Origin: Verrucomicrobiota bacterium
GTDB taxonomy: Bacteria > Verrucomicrobiota > Verrucomicrobiia > Opitutales > UBA953
DNA: 45,511 nt
Direction of reading: 5' to 3'
Assembly: GCA_041167995.1 (NCBI GenBank)
Contig: JBEELT010000001.1
Location: 1 to 45,511, forward strand
Shown: piece after piece, positions 1 to 6,435 of the stretch
Layout of the letters: each line of letters opens with the position of its first letter
Position numbering within the stretch: position 1 is the stretch's first letter
Position numbers and translations under genes: made by a program
The notes under the pieces: generated by a model
What the model was told of the DNA's origin: nothing
The model's input: only the letters and a program-made list of their open reading frames with translations
Databases searched by the model: none

Positions 1-762
1 CTCCTACCCGCCATCTTTGCCGTCGTCAGCACCCTCTCTGCGGCCGTCGTGGAAAAGCCCGTCGAATACAAGGCCGGCGACGTCCTGTGCGAGGGCTGGC
101 AGGCCTATGACGACGCCGTGACCGGCCCGCGCCCGGGCGTGCTCGTCGTCCACCAGTGGACCGGCATCAGCGACCACGAGAAGGAAGCCGCGCGCAAGCT
201 GGCTAGTTTGGGCTACAACGTCCTCGTCGCCGATATCTACGGCAAAGGCATCCGCCCGCAGCCCCCGGCCGCGGGCAAAGAAGCCGGCAAGTACAAGGGC
301 AACCGCCCGTTGCTCCGCGCCCGCGTCAACGCCGCGCTTGACGTGCTAAGTCGCGATGCCCGCACCGATGCCTCCAAACTCGCCGCAACCGGCTACTGCT
401 TCGGCGGCACGGCCGTGATCGAACTCGCCCGGAGCGGCGCCGCGGTCAAAGGCGTCGTCAGCTTCCACGGCGGCCTCGACTCCCCCACGCCGGCCGACGG
501 CAAGAACATCAAGGCCCAAGTCCTCGCGCTGCACGGCGCCGACGACCCCTTCGTGCCCGCCAAGGACGTAGCGGCCTTCGAAGCCGAGATGAAGACCGCA
601 GGCGTGGACTACAAACTCATGAAGTATCCGGGCGCCGTCCACAGCTTCACACATAAGGCGGCCGGCAACGACAACCGCAAGGGCGCCGCCTACAACGCGG
701 ACGCCGACCGCGACTCCTGGTTCCAGATGGAGCAATTCCTGAAGACGATGCGAGGGCGCTGA
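1..762 (+). CDS. Dienelactone hydrolase family protein; 5' end lies outside the window
   Basis: The frame is open from nt 1 (LLPAIFAVVSTLSAAV looks like the tail of a signal peptide), so the GTG listed at 49 is probably internal. It has an alpha/beta-hydrolase layout with LVVHQWTG, a Cys nucleophile elbow GYCFGG and a C-terminal GAVHSF, as in DLH-type hydrolases. Confidence 0.8.
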   Translation, partial: LLPAIFAVVSTLSAAVVEKPVEYKAGDVLCEGWQAYDDAVTGPRPGVLVVHQWTGISDHEKEAARKLASLGYNVLVADIYGKGIRPQPPAAGKEAGKYKGNRPLLRARVNAALDVLSRDARTDASKLAATGYCFGGTAVIELARSGAAVKGVVSFHGGLDSPTPADGKNIKAQVLALHGADDPFVPAKDVAAFEAEMKTAGVDYKLMKYPGAVHSFTHKAAGNDNRKGAAYNADADRDSWFQMEQFLKTMRGR

Positions 763-800
763 GCGCCAAATCGTCGCAGCTACGAAGCCATTTTCCCGCC

Positions 801-1616
801 ATGTTCGTAAAGTGCTCCCCCTTCGTCCACGCGCTGGCCGTCCTCGGATGGATGACTGCAGGCGCCATGGCCGAACCGATGAAGATCGAGGTGCGGCGCC
901 TACCCGACGCCACGGCAGCCACGACCAAGTTCCTGAATCCCGAGTATGTGATCGCCACCCCGGCCGCAGCCAAAGCGACCGACAAGACCCCGTTGATCAT
1001 CTTCCTCCACGGCGCCGGCGAACGAGGTACGGACCTGACCCAACTGAAGTCAGCCCCGCCCATCAGGTATTTCAACCAACAGACCGAACAGCCTTTCCTC
1101 ATCGTCGTACCCCAGTGCGCCCCCGATAAGTCAGGCAAGAAAGACGAGTGGCGCACCGAAGACCTGGAAGTCCTCTTCAAGCAACTGGTGAAAGCACAGC
1201 CCTTCGACCAAAGCCGGGTGTATCTCATCGGTCATAGTATGGGCGGCTTCGGCACCTGGCTCTGGGGCTCCACCCACCCCGAGCGCTTCGCCGGTCTGGC
1301 CCCGCACGCCGGCGGCCTCGGCTTCGGCGGCCCCCGGGCCGTATCGCCTGATCTCACCGACTGGGCCAAGCGCCTCGCGCCGCTGCCAATCTGGATCTTC
1401 CACGGCGACCGGGATGACGTCGTCCCAACCGAACGCTCCGAGCGCATGCACAACCTGCTCAAGTCCGCCGGGGCCAAGCAAGTCCGGCTAACGCTATTGG
1501 CGGGCAAGGGCCATGGTATCGCCGACAACCTCCGTACCCCCGAGCTCTACGCGTGGCTGCTACGCTACCGACGCGAAGGCAACCAGGTCGTCGAAGCCCC
1601 GCTGACCTTGAAATGA
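801..1616 (+). CDS. Secreted alpha/beta hydrolase (carboxylesterase / predicted peptidase type)
   Basis: ATG at 801 followed by a hydrophobic signal-like N-terminus. Motifs: IIFLHGAGERG, Ser nucleophile elbow GHSMGG, later FHGDRDDVV and GKGHG. Confidence 0.7.
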   Translation: MFVKCSPFVHALAVLGWMTAGAMAEPMKIEVRRLPDATAATTKFLNPEYVIATPAAAKATDKTPLIIFLHGAGERGTDLTQLKSAPPIRYFNQQTEQPFLIVVPQCAPDKSGKKDEWRTEDLEVLFKQLVKAQPFDQSRVYLIGHSMGGFGTWLWGSTHPERFAGLAPHAGGLGFGGPRAVSPDLTDWAKRLAPLPIWIFHGDRDDVVPTERSERMHNLLKSAGAKQVRLTLLAGKGHGIADNLRTPELYAWLLRYRREGNQVVEAPLTLK

Positions 1617-1660
1617 ACGACGCGCGCCTCGGTGCCGACAGCACGCCGCAGGCGAAGGCT

Positions 1661-1693
1661 AAAATAAAAGAGCCGCGAATTCTCCGCGGCTCT
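1661..1693. terminator. Bidirectional intrinsic terminator between the hydrolase gene and deoA
   Basis: A 9-bp stem, agagccgcg (1669-1677) pairing with cgcggctct (1685-1693), with a 7-nt loop. On the minus strand it is followed by ttttatttt (good for deoA). On the plus strand it is followed by ttgcttc. Confidence 0.6.
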
Positions 1694-1715
1694 TTGCTTC
1701 TCTAATCGACCTGAC

Positions 1716-3050
1716 TTAGGCCACGCGCTCGACGACGAGCGGCGGCATGTTCGGGCGCTTCGGCGCGAGGCGGTAGGCGTCGCGGAAGTACGGCAAAGCG
1801 ACGTCGACCTTGGCCTCGTCGTTATAATGGATCATGATCAGCGGCTCACCCTGCTTGACCTGCGTGCCGACCTTGCGGATCTCGGTGACGCCGACCGCGG
1901 GATCGAGCGTGCCATCCTTGAGCGTGGCGAGGAGGCGGACGCCCTGGGCAATCTTGCCGGCGTCGATGGTGTGGACGTAGCCGCGCTTCGGGGCGGGCAG
2001 CTTGCGGATGAACTTGGCCTTCGGGAACTTCGAAGGGTCGTCGATCCAGTCGGTCTTGCCGCCCTGGGCGCGGACCATGGCCTTGAACTTCTCGAGGGCG
2101 GAACCGTCCTTGAGGTGCTTCTCGACGGTCTGCTTGGCGGAAAGGGTCGAACCGGCGACGCCGGCGAGACGCACGACTTCCATGCCTAGCTTGAGCACGA
2201 GGTCCTGCAGGTCCTCGGGGCCTTCGCCTTTAAGGAGGCGGACAGCTTCGAGGACTTCCAGACCGGTGCCGACAGAGTCGCCGAGGGGCTGGTTGATGTC
2301 GGTCACGAGGGCCACGCACTTGCGGTTGAGCGAGCGGGCGACGCGGGTGATGATGCGGGCGAGCTGCTTGGCCTGCTCGAGGTCGCGGATGAAGGAGCCA
2401 TTCCCCCACTTCACGTCGATCACGAGCCCTTCGCAGCCTTCGGCGAGCTTCTTGGAGAGGATGCTGCCGGTAATAAGCGGGAGGGACGGGATCGTGCCGG
2501 TCTTCTGGCGCAGGGCGTAGAGGATATCGTCGGCCGGGGCGATCTCCTTGCACTGCTCGGTCACGGCGCAACCCACGCGCTCGAGCTGCTGGCGGAACTG
2601 GTCCATCGTGGCCTTGCCCTTGAAGCCCGGAATCGAACTGAGTTTCTCGACGGTCGAGAGGCAGAACTCCTCGTCCTTGCCGTTCATGCCCGGCATGATG
2701 ACGCCGGCGGCCGCACCGAGCGGGCCGAGCACCATCGAAGTCTTGTCGCCCACGCCGCCGGTCGAGACCTTGGCGATTTTGGGCTGGGTCAGGCGGTCGA
2801 GGTCGATGACGTCGCCGGAGAGACGGAGCTCCTCGGCGAGCAGCGCGGTCTCCTGGGCGGACATCTGCTTGAAGAAAATCGCCATCGCCAGGGCGGCCTG
2901 CTGGGCCTCCGGCATCTCGGCGTCCATGATCGAATCCACGATCTGACGGATTTCATCTGCGGAGAACTCGCCGCCATCCCGTTTCTTCTCGATGAGAGAC
3001 GTGAAGGACGGCTTTTCCTTCCTCCGATGTTCGACGATTTTGTCAGTCAT
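1716..3050 (-). CDS. deoA: Thymidine / pyrimidine-nucleoside phosphorylase
   Basis: ATG verified at 3050. N-terminal glycosyl-transferase family 3 helical region, STGGVGDKTS phosphate-binding motif, full-length 444 aa with a C-terminal PYNP-type domain. Confidence 0.9.
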   Translation of the reverse strand: MTDKIVEHRRKEKPSFTSLIEKKRDGGEFSADEIRQIVDSIMDAEMPEAQQAALAMAIFFKQMSAQETALLAEELRLSGDVIDLDRLTQPKIAKVSTGGVGDKTSMVLGPLGAAAGVIMPGMNGKDEEFCLSTVEKLSSIPGFKGKATMDQFRQQLERVGCAVTEQCKEIAPADDILYALRQKTGTIPSLPLITGSILSKKLAEGCEGLVIDVKWGNGSFIRDLEQAKQLARIITRVARSLNRKCVALVTDINQPLGDSVGTGLEVLEAVRLLKGEGPEDLQDLVLKLGMEVVRLAGVAGSTLSAKQTVEKHLKDGSALEKFKAMVRAQGGKTDWIDDPSKFPKAKFIRKLPAPKRGYVHTIDAGKIAQGVRLLATLKDGTLDPAVGVTEIRKVGTQVKQGEPLIMIHYNDEAKVDVALPYFRDAYRLAPKRPNMPPLVVERVA

Positions 3051-3110
3051 AAGGTGTTCGAGTTTAGAAGGTTAGAGCCGTCCTGTTGGGCAGGGGGAGG
3101 CGAACTCGCT

Positions 3111-3140
3111 GATATGTAAGATTTTCTTGAAAAGTCGAGC
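3111..3140 (-). promoter_or_regulatory. AT-rich patch upstream of deoA; possible promoter
   Basis: This is the most AT-rich stretch of the 190-nt deoA/ribD intergenic region (minus strand reads cttttcaagaaaatcttacatatcagc), 60-90 nt upstream of the deoA ATG. No clean -35/-10 pair could be assigned. Confidence 0.25.
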
Positions 3141-3180
3141 CAAAAGCGACAAGCGGCCTCCCCGCCCCACCAGGGGACAA

Positions 3181-3209
3181 CCGAAAAGCCGATTGGCCGC
3201 CCTTTTCGG
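3181..3209 (-). terminator. Possible terminator hairpin downstream of ribD
   Basis: ccgaaaag (3181-3188) pairs with cttttcgg (3202-3209) around a 13-nt loop. On the minus strand it is followed by ttgtcc only, so the T-tract is poor. Confidence 0.3.
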
Positions 3210-3242
3210 GCCTAGGAGCCTTCCGCCGCCCCAAGGCTGCCC

Positions 3243-4331
3243 CTACCCTAGATACCCCCGGAAAAGGGCGTCCTGGCCGAAAAGCGTGGTCGTACCGGCC
3301 ATCAAGGGGAAGTCCACCCCCTCGAACCAGCTCGGGCTCTCGGGGTCGCCGCCCAATCGGGGTGCGACATAGGCGAACAGATAGTCGGCCGCCCCTTCGC
3401 GGAGCAAGGCGGACGCGAACCGCGGGCCAGCCTCGATCAGCACACCGTTGAGACCCTCGGTAGCGCAGCGCTCGGCCCAAGCATCCAGGAAGTCGACCTC
3501 CTCGCCGGGCAAAGCCCAGACCTTGACGCCCTCGGCCTCATACCAAGCGAGGTCCGCGGCGCGGGCGCGGGCGGCCAGACCGACGACGATGGTGCGGCCA
3601 CGGAACGCGTCCGTGAATAGGTTCAGGCCGACCCGGCCGGCGGAACGGAAGCGACGGTCAAGCACGAAGCGGACAGGCGCGTGCTCGCCCTCGGCGTCGC
3701 GAGCGGTGAGCCGCGGGTTGTCGGCCAGCAACGTATCGGCGGTCACCGCGATCGCCGGGAATAATCGGCGCCAACGATGCACGTCGGCGCGCGCCGCGGG
3801 GCCAGTGATGTCGCGTGGTTCCCCCGGAGCGGGCACGAGTTTGCCATCCAAGGTCGCCGCGACTTTCAACGCGAGCAAGGGGCGACCGACCGCGATCCAG
3901 TGGTTGAAGAGAAAGTTGAGCTCCGCGCATTCCTCGCCGAGGACGCCCTCGACGACCGCGACGCCGGCCGCGCGGAGCAGCTGGACGCCCTTCCCCGCAT
4001 GCGCGGGATTCGGGTCCGTCGCGCCGACCACCACGGTGCGCAGGCCCGCGCGCAGGATGGCGTCGACGCACGGCGGCGTCCGTCCGTGCGTGCAGCAGGG
4101 TTCCAACGTGACATGCAAGATGGCATCAGCCTGGGGCGCGCGACCCAGGGCCCGCAGGGCCATGACCTCCGCATGCGGCTGGCCAGCCGCGGCATGGAAG
4201 CCTTCGGCGACGATGACCCCGCCCTCGGTGATCACGGCCCCGACCATCGGGTTGGGGTGCGTCCGCCCCCACGCCCGTCGCGCGAGCTCCAAGGCTCGGC
4301 GCATCGGGGGCTCGGCGGACGCGGACAACAC
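3243..4331 (-). CDS. ribD: Bifunctional riboflavin biosynthesis protein RibD (pyrimidine deaminase / uracil reductase)
   Basis: Deaminase zinc motifs HAEVMAL and LEPCCTHGRTPPC, followed by a RibD_C-like reductase half. The listed start at 4331 is GTG, 2 nt after the helicase stop. An in-frame ATG at 4304 (MRRALELA) is an equally plausible start. Confidence 0.9.
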   Translation of the reverse strand: MLSASAEPPMRRALELARRAWGRTHPNPMVGAVITEGGVIVAEGFHAAAGQPHAEVMALRALGRAPQADAILHVTLEPCCTHGRTPPCVDAILRAGLRTVVVGATDPNPAHAGKGVQLLRAAGVAVVEGVLGEECAELNFLFNHWIAVGRPLLALKVAATLDGKLVPAPGEPRDITGPAARADVHRWRRLFPAIAVTADTLLADNPRLTARDAEGEHAPVRFVLDRRFRSAGRVGLNLFTDAFRGRTIVVGLAARARAADLAWYEAEGVKVWALPGEEVDFLDAWAERCATEGLNGVLIEAGPRFASALLREGAADYLFAYVAPRLGGDPESPSWFEGVDFPLMAGTTTLFGQDALFRGYLG

Positions 4332-4333
4332 GC

Positions 4334-5521
4334 TCAGCGGTTACGCTTACGCGAGACCGCGGCGGCCTTGGCGTTGCCGGGAGTCAACTGCGGTTCAGAA
4401 TAGTAACGGAAATCTTCGAGCTTACGGCGCTCGATGGCGCGACCGAGGAGTTGCTCGATCTGCTGCAGGTGGTGCATCTCGTCCGGCGAGTAGAGCGTGA
4501 AGGCTTCGCCCTCGGCGGAGGCGCGGCCGGTGCGGCCGATGCGGTGGACGTAGTCCTCGGCGTGCTCGGGGACGTTGTAGTTGATGACGTGGGTCACGCC
4601 GCGGATGTCGAGGCCGCGGGAGGCGATGTCTGTCGCCACCATGATGCTGAACTTACCCGACTTGAAACCGGCGAGGGCGGCGGCGCGCTCCGACTGGGTG
4701 CGGTCGGCGTGCATCGTGGCGACCGGGGTGCCATGGCCTTCGATCCACTCGGCGATGCGGTCGGCGTCGCGCTTGGTGCGCGTGAAGACGATGACGGACT
4801 TGTAGCCGCTCTTGTTCAGCAGCGAGAGGAGCAGGTCGTACTTTTGGAAGACGTCGACCGGGTAGATCGCGTGTTCGACGGTGTCGGCGGCGCCGAGGCC
4901 AGTGCGCACGTCGATGGTGACCGGGTCCTTCAGGGCCCAGCCGGCGATGCGGCCGATGGCGTCGGAGATCGTGGCGGAGAACAGCAGCGTCTGCCGGTCC
5001 TTCGGGCAATAGTTGACGATGCGGGTGACGTCCTCGATGAAGCCCATGTCGAGCATGCGGTCCACCTCGTCCATGATCAGCATCTGGATGGACTTCAGGT
5101 CGAGGATCTTCTGCTCATGCAGGTCGAGCAAGCGACCCGGGGTTGCGATGACGACGTCGACGCCCTCCTCGAGCGCCTTGACCTGAACGCCGTAACCGAC
5201 GCCGCCGTAGAGGAGCGCGGTCTTGGTGCCGAGATACTTGCCGTATTTCTGGAAATTCTCGTCGACCTGCACGGCGAGTTCGCGGGTCGGCACGAGGACG
5301 AGGCAGCGGGGCTTGCCAGCGGCGGGCCCGAGACGGGCAAGGGTCGGCAGGGCGAAGGCGGCGGTCTTGCCGGTGCCCGTCTGGGCGGCGCCGATGATGT
5401 CGCGGCCGGCGAGGACGGCGGGAATGGCCTTCTCCTGGATCGGGGTCGGGTTGACGTAGCCGCACTCGCCGAGGACGCGGAGCACCGACTCGGGTAGGTT
5501 CAGTTCTGAAAAGGTAGGCAT
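4334..5521 (-). CDS. DEAD-box ATP-dependent RNA helicase (DEVD variant of motif II)
   Basis: Q-motif region FSELNL..GY..PTPIQ, motif I AQTGTGKT, Ia PTRELA, II DEVD, III SAT, VI HRIGRTGR. The start was moved to the ATG verified at 5521 (MPTFSEL). The 53-codon upstream extension in the track is Pro/Phe-rich low-complexity sequence. Confidence 0.9.
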   Translation of the reverse strand: MPTFSELNLPESVLRVLGECGYVNPTPIQEKAIPAVLAGRDIIGAAQTGTGKTAAFALPTLARLGPAAGKPRCLVLVPTRELAVQVDENFQKYGKYLGTKTALLYGGVGYGVQVKALEEGVDVVIATPGRLLDLHEQKILDLKSIQMLIMDEVDRMLDMGFIEDVTRIVNYCPKDRQTLLFSATISDAIGRIAGWALKDPVTIDVRTGLGAADTVEHAIYPVDVFQKYDLLLSLLNKSGYKSVIVFTRTKRDADRIAEWIEGHGTPVATMHADRTQSERAAALAGFKSGKFSIMVATDIASRGLDIRGVTHVINYNVPEHAEDYVHRIGRTGRASAEGEAFTLYSPDEMHHLQQIEQLLGRAIERRKLEDFRYYSEPQLTPGNAKAAAVSRKRNR

Positions 5522-5636
5522 GTGAGGCTTGGAGAAAGCGGGAGGCAGGGGGAAAGGGAAAGGATAAAGGAAGAAATCCCGAGGGAAGGGCAAGTTCTGG
5601 GAGGGCCGGAGGCGAAAGGCGGCGATTTGTCTGGGT

Positions 5637-5665
5637 TTGACAATCCTTCCAGGATGCCCTGCATT
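5637..5665 (+). promoter_or_regulatory. Candidate sigma70-type promoter for tRNA-His
   Basis: Perfect TTGACA at 5637-5642, a 17-nt spacer, then TGCATT at 5660-5665 (3/6 to TATAAT), about 30 nt upstream of the tRNA 5' end. Confidence 0.3.
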
Positions 5666-5695
5666 GCACTCCCTTTCCACAAGGAAGGGGCGAAC

Positions 5696-5773
5696 GGTGG
5701 TTGTAGCTCAGTTGGTTAGAGCACTGGTTTGTGGTACCAGGGGTCGGGGGTTCAAGTCCCCTCAATCACCCCA
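5696..5773 (+). tRNA. tRNA-His (anticodon GTG) with encoded G-1 and encoded CCA
   Basis: Hand-folded cloverleaf. Acceptor gtggttg/caatcac (one G-U), D stem gctc/gagc, anticodon stem ctggt/accag with loop ttGTGgt, T stem ggggg/cccct with loop ttcaagt. There is an extra 5' G at 5696 opposite discriminator C5770 (a His identity element), and CCA at 5771-5773. Confidence 0.9.
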
Positions 5774-5780
5774 CCTTTCC

Positions 5781-5804
5781 AAGGCCCGGAGCAATCCGGG
5801 CCTT
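5781..5804 (+). terminator. Hairpin downstream of tRNA-His
   Basis: A 10-bp stem, aaggcccgga/tccgggcctt, with a GCAA tetraloop. It is followed by gtcgtt, a weak T-tract. Confidence 0.4.
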
Positions 5805-5879
5805 GTCGTTGGCTAGCTTAGCCGCCGGGCGCGGGGGACTTCACCGCGCCACCCGCGCAACTCCTACCGACGGCTGCGC

Positions 5880-6374
5880 TTACTGCGCGCCCTTCGACTT
5901 GAAATACTTCTCGAGGGCGCCGCGGATGGCCTTCTCGAGCTCCTCGTCCTTCGCCTTGACCTCGCGGTCCAGCTCGGCGTCGCCGACCTGCGCGCCACGA
6001 CGGAACAGTTTGCCCTCGCCGCCGATGTTGAGGCGCTGGGCGTAGTAGGTGACGTAGCGGACCGCGAACTTGTAGCCCGAGGCGTAGTTCTCGAGCTTCA
6101 CGGTGACGCGCTCGACCGGGTAGTCCGGCTTCACGGTCTGGAGGGCCGCCTGCACCTCGCGCAGCGCCTCATTGGACTCGCATTTAAGGCGGTTGTCCAT
6201 GAAGCGGGCATCCTCGAAGCCGGCTTCCATGTCGAAATGCACGCCGGCGCGCAGGCCATGGAAACCCGTACCGGGAATCCCAAGATACAGCACCAGGATT
6301 GTCACCGTGGTGACGGCGGCGAGCAGGGCGATGGTGGCGAGCGGGGAGGTCTCTTTCTGGAGTTTGACGGCCAT
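5880..6374 (-). CDS. Hypothetical membrane-anchored protein
   Basis: ATG verified at 6374. One N-terminal TM helix (PLATIALLAAVTTVTILVLYLGIP) followed by a charged soluble domain. No family recognised. It lies 61 nt downstream of the large dehydrogenase gene on the same strand. Confidence 0.5.
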   Translation of the reverse strand: MAVKLQKETSPLATIALLAAVTTVTILVLYLGIPGTGFHGLRAGVHFDMEAGFEDARFMDNRLKCESNEALREVQAALQTVKPDYPVERVTVKLENYASGYKFAVRYVTYYAQRLNIGGEGKLFRRGAQVGDAELDREVKAKDEELEKAIRGALEKYFKSKGAQ

Positions 6375-6435
6375 GCGGGAGGGATAGCCGCCGGCGGACC
6401 GGAGGCAACCCTATTGGCGGGCCGCGCGCGCCCGG

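Noticed and set aside
4304-4336. FMN riboswitch upstream of ribD
   Set aside because: ribD starts 2-30 nt after the helicase stop, which leaves no room for a 130-nt or longer RFN element.
5522-5765. N-terminal extension of the helicase ORF (to 5680) and a 216-aa ORF running across the tRNA
   Set aside because: The extension is low-complexity (FPFPLPP) and precedes a perfect helicase N-terminus at ATG 5521. The other ORF overlaps the tRNA-His gene on the opposite strand.
5696-5879. tRNA-His as an integration site for a genomic island
   Set aside because: There is no integrase, no duplicated tRNA 3' fragment and no compositional shift downstream. The flanking genes are ordinary chromosomal genes.
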